NCBI GenBank assembly: GCA_964234715.1
Contig: OZ174279.1
DNA: 64,000 nt
Source: Podarcis melisellensis
Taxonomy: Eukaryota
Direction: 5' to 3' (one strand)
This document shows, one piece after another, positions 50,004 to 61,628 of this stretch; position 1 is the first letter of the stretch; every line of letters starts with the position of its first letter. Under the pieces are notes generated by a model that had not been told where the DNA came from, did not search any database, and saw only the letters and a list, made by a program, of their open reading frames with translations. Made by a program: the position numbers and the translations under genes.

Positions 50004-51890
50004 CTAATTCTTTTTCTCCAAATAATTCGAGGGCACCCAGCCTTTAAAAGGTTTTCCTCCATCCATGATCTGACAGTACCACCAACCATTTGGGTTCCTT
50101 TCCAGGACCTCCATGCAGACACCTTCCTGAAATCCAGCAGTTTCTTCATCCCCCTCATAATCTGCAATGGAGATGTAGATATCCTTAAGGTTATTGTGAA
50201 TGAACTGGGATTTTTCAATGGGCTTGGGCCTGACTGTGGACACTGGGATTCCATTGCGCTCAGAAGGTACGTAGGAACTTGTCTCAGACCCCTCAGAACC
50301 CAGCCGATCAGTGTGCTTTATCTTAGAATCACTAGTCTGAGGTTGGGCAGCATTGAAAGAAGAGTTGCGGCGTACTGCCCTCAGGTGGTCTGTGGCAGTA
50401 AGGGACTCATTCCTACGCAGGGAACAAGGCAAGTTATTATCCTTGGGTGGTGGGGAGACAAACACTGACTGTGGCCTCACTGCTAGTTGCCTAACCCCAT
50501 TCCGCAATTTGACAGACCCAGATGTTTTAGAAAAGCCACCAGGTGGTTTGCTGGGAATGGGAGGCGTTGCTCTCTTGCTCTGGTTGATGGTGTTGAGTGC
50601 TTGGACCTTCTTCTCTATCTTCTCCAAACTGTTGGATTTGTTTTCATTCCTTCTGTTCTTGGCCACTGAGATGTTAGCCTCATTCGAAGCGGTTTCCCGT
50701 TGCTGGTTATCAGACAGTACCAGATAGTGAGAAGGAGCCCAGCCTTCTGTGTCTCCATATCTCAAATACCACCACCCACTTGTTTGCTTTTCTAGAACTT
50801 CCACTGTTATCCCCGCTGGGAAGCTGATCTCAGAATCTTGAACTTTCTGGTAAGAATCAGTAGTTACATAGATACATTTTGAGGAGTTGTTTTCATTCTC
50901 TGCCTTGTTTGGCTGGCTGGAGTAGAATATGGCATGGGAATGAGTGGGAATGAGATCTGCAGAACTTCTTCTGAATGACTCTTCTGGGTTTCCAGAAGCT
51001 GTCCGAGGTGGACTTTCAGACTCTTCACTTCTTGAACCTTTAAGTCCGCCTCTCAGCTGTCCAGTTGGTCTCAGCTGGTGACGTAAAGTGCTGATGTCCA
51101 TCCTTTCTTGGCTTTGGGAGTCTGCTTTGTTCAGGAAAGGTTTTGGTCTCACCATTGGCTTTGCCCTGCTGGACACTGCCTCCCCAGTATCCCTCTTTAG
51201 GCCAGTTTTGGGCATGCTACTTAAACCAACATCTGAAGCGGACCTTGGCTTTGTCTCCTCATTCCGGGGATAGTGCGGCTTCCCAAGGTTTGGCTGAATG
51301 CTCTTGTCGCTTTTGGGCTTCAGGAGGGAAGACTTGGGAGAAACAGAACACGGAGAATTTCTTTGGATCAGAGACAGTGATGAACTTCTTTGAGAATCAG
51401 AGTCCCCACTAGATTCTTTGCTTGACAGAGCATCTTCGATGTATGGCCTGAAGCCTTCATTTTCATAGATGGTCTCCTCTTCATGTGCTACATCTTCAGA
51501 TGACTCTCCAACTCGGAATTTTGCCCTTTGGAGGGATGACACAGGGGAAGGCTTGAGTAGTTGGAACATGCCTCTCTCCAAGCTGCCATCTTCCCCTTGG
51601 CTCAGCTCAGACTCAGAGTCAGCACCAAAGGCAGGCACATCATACTCTGGCTCCTCATACTTTTGCTTGTCCTGGGCATCTCCTGAAGATATGGTTCCAG
51701 CAACTGTTCCTTCTTCAGAGTCTTTTGATTTATTGGGAGGTGCTGGGGGAGGAACTTTGGGTCTGGTCAAAGTACTTGTTCGCCTGTTTAAATTTGGCTT
51801 CTTCCTTTTGTCAATGTATGATGCTGGAGCCCAGCCTTCCTTTTCACCAATCTGCACATACCACCAGCCACCAGAATTCTTGTCGATAAC
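50004..51890 (-). CDS. SH3PXD2A: SH3PXD2A (Tks5) terminal coding exon: end of SH3-3, proline-rich linker, SH3-4, SH3-5
   Basis: Acceptor ccctctctag|GTT; 1887 bp, phase 0. Translates VIDKNSGGWWYVQIGEKEGWAPASYI...EPEYDVP...ETIYENE...GWWYLRYGDTEGWAPSHYL...GWWYCQIMDGGKPFKGWVPSNYLEKKN-stop. Confidence 0.98.
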   Translation of the reverse strand, partial: VIDKNSGGWWYVQIGEKEGWAPASYIDKRKKPNLNRRTSTLTRPKVPPPAPPNKSKDSEEGTVAGTISSGDAQDKQKYEEPEYDVPAFGADSESELSQGEDGSLERGMFQLLKPSPVSSLQRAKFRVGESSEDVAHEEETIYENEGFRPYIEDALSSKESSGDSDSQRSSSLSLIQRNSPCSVSPKSSLLKPKSDKSIQPNLGKPHYPRNEETKPRSASDVGLSSMPKTGLKRDTGEAVSSRAKPMVRPKPFLNKADSQSQERMDISTLRHQLRPTGQLRGGLKGSRSEESESPPRTASGNPEESFRRSSADLIPTHSHAIFYSSQPNKAENENNSSKCIYVTTDSYQKVQDSEISFPAGITVEVLEKQTSGWWYLRYGDTEGWAPSHYLVLSDNQQRETASNEANISVAKNRRNENKSNSLEKIEKKVQALNTINQSKRATPPIPSKPPGGFSKTSGSVKLRNGVRQLAVRPQSVFVSPPPKDNNLPCSLRRNESLTATDHLRAVRRNSSFNAAQPQTSDSKIKHTDRLGSEGSETSSYVPSERNGIPVSTVRPKPIEKSQFIHNNLKDIYISIADYEGDEETAGFQEGVCMEVLERNPNGWWYCQIMDGGKPFKGWVPSNYLEKKN

Positions 51891-52037
51891 CTAGAGAGGG
51901 ATTAACATAGAGATTAGTTTGGGAGGAAAAAGACAAAATAATAGCACATCATTTTTTATCTATGCTACCGTCACATTTCTGCCTAAGGTTTAGCAGCTAC
52001 CCATCACTCATTAGCTTGTTTCCCTTTCTAGGCTTAC

Positions 52038-52157
52038 CTCCGCCTTTTGTCCCCCATGAAAGCTGATCCCATCAGATATACAAGACTGGAACTCTGCAAT
52101 GGTGTAGTATTCAACTTCCACTGATGGTGGCTCAGGAGGTTTAGGCAGCTGGAAGCC
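52038..52157 (-). CDS. SH3PXD2A: SH3PXD2A coding exon (start of SH3-3)
   Basis: ctgcag|GGC ... GAG|gtaagc; 120 bp, phase 0-0. Translates [40 protein letters not shown]. Confidence 0.96.
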
Positions 52158-53297
52158 CTGCAGTGAGAAAAAGCAATAAGGAGAGTAGATAAAAGTGGCA
52201 ATAGGGTGCAGAGGGAAAGAGGGAAAATTAAGGTTTTATTTTATTTTATTTTAAGAGAGCTGCTTGCATTTTAAGCAAGGAAGTGAGATGAATAAATGCC
52301 AGCCCAGATATTAAAAGCTCATAAACCATTGCATCAGGGGGTAGCTAGGATGTGGCCCTCCAGATATTGCTGAACTACAATTTTCATCAGATCCAGTGAC
52401 ATGGCCAATCGCCAAGGATAATGGGAACTGTAGTCCAGCTATCCCTTAAACCTGGTGGCCAATCAAGTGGAATGGGTGTTACCAGTCCAGTGATACAGCT
52501 CTCAGTCAGTTTTAAACTTCCTCAATTCAAATACATTAGTGAGATTTCCACTTCCTATGGAATGGGAAGAAGATGAAAACCCTTGAAGCAGGAAGACCTG
52601 CTGTGCTGCCATCTCCATTCCCTGTTTTTAAATGACTGGATAATGTGGATGGATGCATAGGAGCTTAAAACTCACAAGCCTTGAACAACTTAAAAATATT
52701 AAGTGGAAATTGCTTCATAGTAGAAATCCTACAGCAGAGGTGGCTAGGTTTTGGGGGTTTTTTTTACATTAAGGGCAACACTGAGGGTTCACCTCAGTAA
52801 TAGTTATAATCACTCAAGCAAGATTATAAGACCTGAGGGAGGTCAGATACACACAATGAAAGAATCTATATTCAACCCAACCTTTTAACTATTGCTTAAA
52901 CCATTTTGACAGTGTATATTTTTTCTCCCACCTTTTTTGTGAAGGGGAAAAAGGGCAGATGAGAGAAACAGGATGAAGAGCCTTTCTTCATTGGATAGTT
53001 TATATTTGTCTAGATTAAATGCTTTATAAAATGGCATGCCTCTGGAATGAGCAAATCCAGGCCTGCATTTGATAGAGGTGGGTGTAGCAGGAAAATAGGT
53101 ATTTTAAGGACAAACTTGGTCTAGTACATTAAAGAAGTGGAAGCTTGCACGTACATATTCACACTATAACCTATGTATGGTACTATTCAAAATGAAGAGA
53201 CAGGAGTATGTGGGGGATGGAATAAAACTCAGTTCTGTAATACAGCTGTAGCTCATGGATCACTAATAGCTCCAAACAACTTTTGACAAGTTAGAAA

Positions 53298-53603
53298 GGC
53301 TACATCCACAACATATATTTAAGGTACTCGGATATCACTTTTTAAAAGCCACTTCTTCCCCCCCAAGAATCTTGGGAACTGAAGTTTTTAAGGGTGCTAA
53401 GAGTTTTTGGAGATCCCCTCAAAGAGTTACAATTCTGAGAGTGGTTTGACAATCTATCATTCTTCCCAGGAAACTCTGAATAGGGGCCTCCTAATAACTC
53501 TCAGTACCCTTATTAAACTACACTTCCCATTATTTTTTTGGGAGAAGCAATGACCATTTAAAATGGTAACATAGTGCTTTAAATGTGTGGTGTGGATGTG
53601 GCC
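53298..53603. mobile_element. Long-TIR foldback MITE (PIF/Harbinger-like)
   Basis: GGCTACATCCACA...TGTGGATGTGGCC termini with extended imperfect inverted arms and AAA on both sides. Confidence 0.65.
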
Positions 53604-53780
53604 AAAGATAATATAAAAGTAGTATGTGCACAACTGGGAAAACAAAAGAGGGTAATTCTTCCCACTTTCTTTCTTCCTGTTCCACTGGGACCTGAGTGCA
53701 ACAGATTAAGAGGTGTTGCATTTGTGCAGAGTTAAATATTTGCAAGTGCCATTGGAAGTATAAAAGAAATTGGCACTCAC

Positions 53781-53830
53781 CAAACTAGATTCTCTTCTTG
53801 GGGGAGGTCTGGTTCTTAGATTTGGAGAAC
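53781..53830 (-). CDS. SH3PXD2A: SH3PXD2A 50-bp coding exon
   Basis: ttcactag|GT ... TTG|gtgagt; phase 1-0. Translates (S)SPNLRTRPPPRRESSL. Confidence 0.94.
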
Positions 53831-55159
53831 CTAGTGAAAGAAAAAATATTCCATATTTAACCAGAACAGGCACATGCACATCCAAGCTTCAATGTTCTGC
53901 CAGCAATTAAAATAAAAATTAACGTGTCCAAGAAAAATAAAATAATTTATTTGTTACAATAATTTAATAACAATTTTTAAGGCGCAAAGCCTTCCTGGGC
54001 ACCTTATGTTTTTAAACAAAATACAAATAACATATTTATGAAAACCAACAGAGCAGCAAAGTCAGCATAAAAACAGGACTGACAACTCTCCAAGACTCCC
54101 ACAAGTTCCAGATGTTTTAGATTACAACTTGTGCTGGCTGGGGCTGATGGGAGTTGGGGCCCAAAACAACTGGAGGGCACCAGGTTGGCAAAGGCTTGTC
54201 TACAAGCTCTAAGAGGTCTAGACAAATGAAAAGGTCTTCACCTGCCCCTACCCCAAAAGGGTTACTATGTGCTGAAGCCAGAACTGATCTGCTTTATCTG
54301 AGACACAGGAGAAGAAGAATTAAAACAGATGATTCTTTTAATCTTGCCAAATTATGTTGGATGGAACTGATGGTGGGGGCAAGGTGCAAAGAAGTCAAAA
54401 TAAAACCAATGGGTTTTTGGAGTTAAGCCAACATAGTATGGGAATTTCGTTTTGTTTTTTATGATGCCCAGAAAGATGGCATGGCTATTCACAACAATGG
54501 AGCCCCTTTCATGTGATATTTGCATGCAGAGAGGGGAACAAGATCACCATATGGTCCCTGTCTCCATTCTGCACACCTTCAAGTAAGAACTGTATGGAGC
54601 CTATGAAAACAGAGCTGTAAATACAGATGACTCTCTCCATGGCTTTTGGAACCCTGACAGGATTATACTTCTGTGGGCTTTGTTCTGACCTTCAAGTGAC
54701 TGTACTGAAGCAGAGCTTGCTGCCATGATTCCATGCCCCCTCTTTATGTCTGTTCAATCACTCTAGATGTGAACAACTGAAAAACCCTTGTGCTAATATA
54801 GAAATCTAGACTTTTAGGAGCAATTCACCAGAAGGGGGCGTCAGATGTCTTCCCAAAAGATGAGTCTATGCAGGAATCATGTCACATTCAGGATCATAGC
54901 AATCAATCACAGACTGGTGGTTGTCAGACTTTTTGCAGACAAACATCAGCCAAGGGGCCTAGCCAGGTGTAGCCTGCACTCCTTATTAATATTCCACTCT
55001 GCCCTGCAAGACTTGCTATCATATGCATTCATCTATTCTCCCTCCTCCTTTGTATATTTCTGGTGCCAACTCCATTTTCACAAACCTCTCGTTTCAATCA
55101 TAGTTTTTAATGGCTTAACATATAACTTTAAATTCACCCATTTTCTATATTTAAGAATG

Positions 55160-55372
55160 AGCTGGGGTCCCCATATGTTGTTGGATGACATTTCCCATCA
55201 TCCCTGACCATTTGGCAAGATGACCGTGGATGCTGGGAGTTGGAGTCCAACAACTTTTGAGGGCCCAAGGTAAAAGCACCACCCATCACCCTTGATCATG
55301 GGCCATGCTGGCTGGGGCTGATGGGAGATGTAGTCCCCTAAACATCTGAAGAACCGGGCTGAGGAGGCTGCT
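55160..55372. mobile_element. Tandem or nested hAT hairpin MITE remnants
   Basis: Two CCCATCA.CCC / GGGCTGATGGGAG..GTAGTCC units. Similar remnants lie near 31145, 36370, 52335, 54095, 56015 and 62365. Confidence 0.6.
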
Positions 55373-55467
55373 CTCAACTAGTATTTTCCTCAATCCATCA
55401 GAAGTTGTTGACCCTTCCAACCTTCCCCAGCAGTAAATAAGTAGCTAGGAGTCTACTATGGCCTTAC

Positions 55468-55802
55468 TTATTTGAGCTCTTTGTGGCGCAATCCGTGCTA
55501 TGGCTGGAGAACCCTGTGCCAATTTTGAAATCTGTTTGTCTTGAGTCATCATGGCATTGCCATTAGAATCACTGCATAAGATGGGCAAGCTTATTTCCTT
55601 CTTGGTGATGTGGGATTCTGCTGTTTCAATTTCTGACTGGGTTTCCTTGTCACTAGAGGATTTCTTATTCAACAGGTTGCTGATCTCCATGATGTTTCCT
55701 ATAATTTCCACTGGCCCCGTCAAGTTCTTTTTCCTTGATGGAAGGTCATCTTTTGCTTTTTTCAGGTACGAGGCTGGGGCCCAGCCCTCTTTGCCTAAAT
55801 AC
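55468..55802 (-). CDS. SH3PXD2A: SH3PXD2A coding exon (end of SH3-2 plus linker)
   Basis: atttctag|G ... A|gtaagg; 335 bp, phase 2-1. Translates (R)YLGKEGWAPASYLKKAKDDLPSRKKNLTGPVEIIGNIMEISNLLNKK...ARIAPQRAQI. Confidence 0.96.
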
Positions 55803-57249
55803 CTAGAAATAGAAAACGCAAATATATTCAGTTTTCTGTGCCTCAAAATCTGACATGGTGTTGCAGGATGATGTACCGACCGGTGTTGCAGGAATAGGAT
55901 TAGAATCCCCACGCACACCTTAAAATGCATGCAAAAAAAACCTACTAATGGAAAGTGACTATAACCACATAGTTGCCGGTCAGTGCTGCAATACTGAAAT
56001 GAAGCAGAGATTATAAGCCTGTGGTCCTCTAGCTATGGTTAAACTCCAAATCCCATCAGCCCTAGCTGCATAGCAACTGGTAAGTGTGCTCCAAGAATCC
56101 TACTTTGGAAATACAAAACCCAATAGTTGCTGGATCCTGGATGCTTCCAGGCAGTCCTTAATTTGCAAAGAGGTCATTGAGATATCACTAAATGGGTAGT
56201 TAGAGAAGGGGTTTTTAGACTTGGGGATATTCCCTGGAAAGGGAAAAATGGGGGGGTGGGTTGGCACTTTTATGCTAACATTTCCATGTGGACATTGAAA
56301 GAGGGGGGCAAAGCATGCAAAGGGAACACTGATGCCCATCTGGAAGTACCCCCAGCATTGGGAGAGCTAACCCAATAAAAAAGTTTACTTTGAATCAGGG
56401 CTCACAAGGACTTAAAACCAGATGGAGTCACAAATGTCATGGGCTTAGTTGCGGAATTATAACCTACTCCTCTGCAATATTCTTCCTTCCCCTTTTGCCC
56501 CTCTAGCAACTTTAGTTAAAGAGTACTCACAATTCCAGGTCTCTCAAACACAGAAGACATCCAAAAGATGTCTTTCTCAAAAAACATGGGAGAAAAAGTC
56601 TTGAAGCTGTTACTGGCATGCAGTCCAGGTTTCGCCACTTCCATTCTGGATAACTGAGCATGGGAGCAGCATGGGAAAGCCACTTCCATCACACTCTACA
56701 ACTGTCATGGGCAGTCCTCTCGCAGCCCTCCAATGGCAGCAGTGAGCAATGGGATCACTTCACTGCCGGTGAGCAAAGCTTTCAGGACAAGGGGCTGAGA
56801 GAAAATAGAACTTGTGGAAGTGAGAAACTGCCTACAGGAAGAAACAAGGCTTAACATGAGATTCTTTTCTTCAAATGCCTCATACTTTTACTTGCTCAAC
56901 AACTCTGAGAGCAGGACAGCAATGTGATTGGTTAGTCAAATGAGTGCACTCTTAATTCTCTCCCCTCCTTTTGGGAGTCTGAAAGAGCACAGCAGGGGAG
57001 AAAAACAAAGCCTTTCTTTATTGCAGTGACTATTAATACAAGATTCTTTGACCACTCCCCCCCCTCGTCATCAAGGTAGGCACACCCCATGGCTGAGGTT
57101 CTTCCCCTGAGCCTCACTGGATCACAGTCATGTAGAGCCAATGCAGAAGCTCAGATTTAATTCTGAAGCTCTGTGGGCATCTTCCCACATCAGATTTGCA
57201 GAAAGATAAGCAAATCAGAGTACTGGCCTTGATGCCAAACAATTTAAAA

Positions 57250-57372
57250 TAAGGTTACCAGATTTTTTCCAATGAATCCAGGGACACTTTTCAACTTCAA
57301 TGGATTTTGTATGGGGACTGATTTGTAAATCCGGAGACTGTCCCCGGGAAACGGGGATGTCTGGTAACCTTA
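57250..57372. mobile_element. hAT (Blackjack-like) MITE
   Basis: 13-bp perfect TIR TAAGGTTACCAGA / TCTGGTAACCTTA with 8-bp flanks ATTTAAAA / GTTTAAAA. Confidence 0.8.
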
Positions 57373-57699
57373 GTTTAAAACAGTATTGCACTTAAAGAGC
57401 AATAGGGGCAGATGATTGGGGGCCAGGCACAAAAGATCCAGCTACCCCCAAACAATCTTGCTCCTAGGAGCTTTGCATATGTGTAATCACAACGTAGAAG
57501 CCTAGCTCAGCACAAAAAATGGAGACGTGCTTGGAGTTAGCTGCATCTAAGGACAAGCTCCACGATTAACTTTCATATGCCTATGCAAGTAGGCACAGGA
57601 GTTCTGAGCAAGATAAAAAGGACACTGGCTTTGCCAAAATTGGGTAGCAGCAAATTCATAGGATATAAGTTTATCAGTGCTGTGAGCCATAATGTCTAT

Positions 57700-57892
57700 A
57701 CTGTGCCTGCACAGTTGGATGCAATATGTTTCTGAACGCCAGTTGCTGCAAACTGCAGGAGGGAAGAATGCTACTGCGCTTAGGTCCTGCTTGTGGGCTT
57801 CCAATGGGCACCTAGTTGGGCACTTTGAGAACAGCAAACTGGACTACAAGGGCCACTGGCCTGATCCAGGAGGGTTATTCTTATGTGCTTAT
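57700..57892 (+). mobile_element. CR1-type LINE 3' end
   Basis: Ends GGACTACAAGGGCCACTGGCCTGATCCAG...TTCTTATGTGCTTA; paralogous to 27735-27895. Confidence 0.6.
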
Positions 57893-60800
57893 ACTCTTAC
57901 ATTCAGATTTCATAGATGTACTAGTTCCCTTGCATGGCACAACCCTAAGACTGGCCCAGGAACTTGTTCCATTCTATGTGATCAAAAAATTGCAGCAAAA
58001 ATGAAAGCCAAACAAAATCTTGTAGCAAGTATCAAGGTTCATCCACCGAAGCAGTTTCTTGCTCTTTCTCCCTGTAACAGTAATAGTTATAACCCCCACT
58101 TTTAAATAGGGTGCAGACATTTCATTAAGCCAGAGGTGCCAGCTTTCAAGGGCAATGGGGGGGGGGACATCAGAAGAAGCCAGAGGCAGAGTTGAATACA
58201 GCGGCAGCGCAGCTTCAATGGCAGGCCACTCCTCCTCCTCCTGCCACCACTAGCTGGGTGTGTGTGTATGTGCTTCAGACCTCTTTCCCTTGCACAGCAG
58301 CAGCAGGAGAAGCTGGTTGGCGTCCCCCATGAGTTGCATTCTCATCCCCCATGAGTTGCATCAAGCACATTATCTGACAGGCTATTTGCTTGCACAGTTT
58401 CCCATAGCTGTGGAAGACAACAGTTCAATTAAGAGTTTAGGGTTAGAACAGTAACCACTTCTCAACATTCATAATACTGTAAAGGAAAATGGAGCAGGGG
58501 AGGGAGGGCAACATTCAGATGCACTGGAGAGTGGAATGCAACAAGAAGGTGGTAATATATAGAAGCGGCTACACTGCAATTCCCGAAAAGTTTTTAAAAT
58601 GCTGAATGAAAAGTTAGCATCCAAACTATAACAACACTGGGGGGCGGGAGAAAAGGGGGGGGGGAGAGAGGCCTCCATTTGTCTGAGCGTTTTCTTCCCT
58701 GTTAACATCTGCTTTCCAGCTCCAGAATACTGGAATTACTCCAGAGGGAAGGAAACCAGGAAGGGAAAAGCAGGGGAGGGGGAAGTAAGAATCAGTACAG
58801 AACCATGTATTTTGGAAACTATTATTTAAGGAGGTGAACATTAAAGACTTTAACGTGGAACTTATTACCTAATTATTAGTGCTTATCTTATTCTTGTGAC
58901 ACATACGTCATTACGATTATGCATTCTTGCAAGCATTTTTTGTGTGGCAAAAGTTCTGATAGCTATAATAGTCCCACTTTGGTTTCTTGAGCATTTATTC
59001 TGATTTGCTTGCAGCGTTGTTTATAAATCTTTCCATTAATCATTCGGTCACCCTACACTTTTCAGTGCATTTCCCCATCACCTTCATTATCAGGGCCCCC
59101 TGAGAGTCAGAGGGCCCAAGTATGTGCACCAACATGCACCTACATCCTATGGATTTAGATGGGGGCATTTTTCAAGTGGACTGCACCTGCTGTTCTGATG
59201 CTGCTGTTACAAGCATGACATTCTTAACCACAGTTCAGAACCAGCCTAAGCACTATATCTTATCTTTCATTCATTCTTGCCTTCAACTCGATTCATAACA
59301 GAGGAGGAAGAGAAAGCAAATTAGGAAATCCCTGTTTCATATGCAAGGACTCTTGTTATTGTGGACCAAAACCACACTCTTCTGTGGAAGGCTGCCATGC
59401 CTTAGGTAGATATATTGGCAATGAAGTCTGCAGCTTCTGGTCGGCTATCCACTGTCTAGGAAAATCAGGTCTGTTAACCATAGCATTGTAGTGGATCCCA
59501 TCTAAACATGCACAACGGAGATAGTCTTGCCGTGCACAGTAGGGGTGGGACCAGATGCTCTCCAAGCTTCCTCTGCTACATAAGGATGAATACTTCCTAG
59601 GCTTTTTAAAGGCCTTCTAGTTTGGCTTCAGCCTAGACTGAATCTCCGTGCGCATGCATCAGCAAAGATAGCTTTTCTCTGCATGTGCAGAATGAGAAGA
59701 GTCTCTGGCATGCAAGGTGCCTTCATCCAACTACAAAATACAGTCAACACCAGGAGGCAGGGAAGCTGAGCCAGGGGCAGGGGCTCTAGCCTGCTTTCAT
59801 TTATGCCTTCCCCATTTGCACAAAATGTAAACACTGCTAAAAATTAGAGGCTTTGGTCTCCCTCTTCAATGAAAATACTGAAGACTGCAAGAGATTCTAG
59901 GCCCCTGCAGACCTAAAGATAAAAGGAAGGCTGGCAGTGACCAGAAAAAATATTTTAAAAACAAAAAGGGAGTTCAGCAATAACATCAGGGGGAGTTTGT
60001 GATATTGTTCCTCCTTCTGCAAAGAACTGTGCACTCTTGCTCCTGAACCCTTGGCTTTGGATTAAAGTCCCATGGATGATTTAAAAAGGGAAGAATGCAG
60101 AGCTGACAATGGGCCAGCTATTCCCTGCTCATCACGTTGGAAATCTTCTATCGGCTTTCATTTGTTATTGATGGGAGAGTTAATCAGGAAGATGCAACAG
60201 CGAACATGTTTATAGAACACATAGAACTCTATGTGGTTCCATTATTCATAGCTCCAGTGCCTTAAAGATGGCCAGACTACAAAGCAAATGACAACCTATG
60301 AAAAATATATGTTCCACATGCAAAAGGAAGTGAGCAATAAGGGGTAGGTTCATAGTATCCCAGGGTGGGGTGGGATCACCAGAGTTACCCAAAAGAACTC
60401 CTTATAATGTGTCAGGATCCACAGGTTTGTACCCTCCCTTTGACACTTGTCACAAGGAGCAGAATTCTACACCTTCTTTAGGAAACCTGTACCTTTGTCC
60501 AACCAGTCTTTCAATTACGACAATCCTTTGGCCTCTTACATGAAAGGGAGCCCCATTAAATTCAGTAGGATTTGCTTCAAATATTTATCTGACTGCAGCA
60601 GTTAAACTTGAATGGCTTTATACACATTGCATCTTTCATCCCTCTCCTATCACCAAGCAACAGGAGTCTATTATGCTGAGCACTGCAAATACATACTGCT
60701 TACGTGGCATTTAATGTTTCTGGAGCTGCGCCAGGTGTCTTTTTTTAAAAAAAGAAAATCCAGTTTATGCTTGAAATTAGCCGTTTAAGGGCACCAGAAG

Positions 60801-61510
60801 AGAAAATTAGACTGCTCCCTGCCCCCCTGCCCCCAGCGGTTAAAGGGATACCTGTTTTACAGGCCAAAGTGTAGCACCACAGAGACCTAACACACCACTG
60901 CTTCCTCATGACTCCCCTAAAACATTTCTTCTAAAATAGTCTATCAGCTATTTTTGCAAATAAACAAACACAAAAGCAAAACAAGGTCATTCATTGACCA
61001 ACACATATTGACAAGTATTTGAGCTGTTGCTGTCATATAACTTGTGTTGCAGTGACGCACACACACAACGGTAACAACTTTCCAAAGTTATCAAACATCA
61101 AACCTGCCGACATTAATCCCATGCAACTTGTCCCACAGTGCTCAGTAGGTCTTACTCAAAGGAAAATGTCCATAGGATTGCAAACTGGGAGACCCTAGCT
61201 GCTCACCTCAATCACTAATGAAGAGAACAACCACCCACGAGAGACGATTTGGATTTTTTTCCAACTTGAAGGACACACATATCCCCCAGAAGCCTTTTTC
61301 CTCCCCGCACCTGTTTCTATATATTGTATTTCATTATTTTAACGACATATTCAATATAATTTTAAGTAGCTTTGTACAACTTGACCAGCATTTTTGTTTT
61401 CAATATGCTGAGGTCCTTTCTTAGATACAAGCAACTTGTGAGATGCCGTGTTTACAAGGCTAGTAAGCAAAAGGCCTGCCAACACCAGAATGATTTAATT
61501 AAACCTTTAC

Positions 61511-61628
61511 CTTATGTACCACCATCCTTCCAGGTTCTTCTGAATGACCTCCACAGTGACTCCTTTGTCAAACCCGATTTCATCCTTCCCCTGGCTGGTG
61601 TATGACTGGATTGTGACATATTTCTCTT
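61511..61628 (-). CDS. SH3PXD2A: SH3PXD2A coding exon (start of SH3-2)
   Basis: ttctttgctag|AA ... AG|gtaaag; 118 bp, phase 1-2. Translates (E)[39 protein letters not shown]. Confidence 0.95.

Noticed and set aside
50196-51894. Several + strand ORFs of 60-141 aa opposite the SH3PXD2A last exon
   Set aside because: Antisense shadows of a real coding exon, with no recognisable domains.
55803-55930. N-terminal part of ORF 55445..55930
   Set aside because: Intronic sequence upstream of the acceptor. Tks5 similarity starts only at RYLGKEGW.
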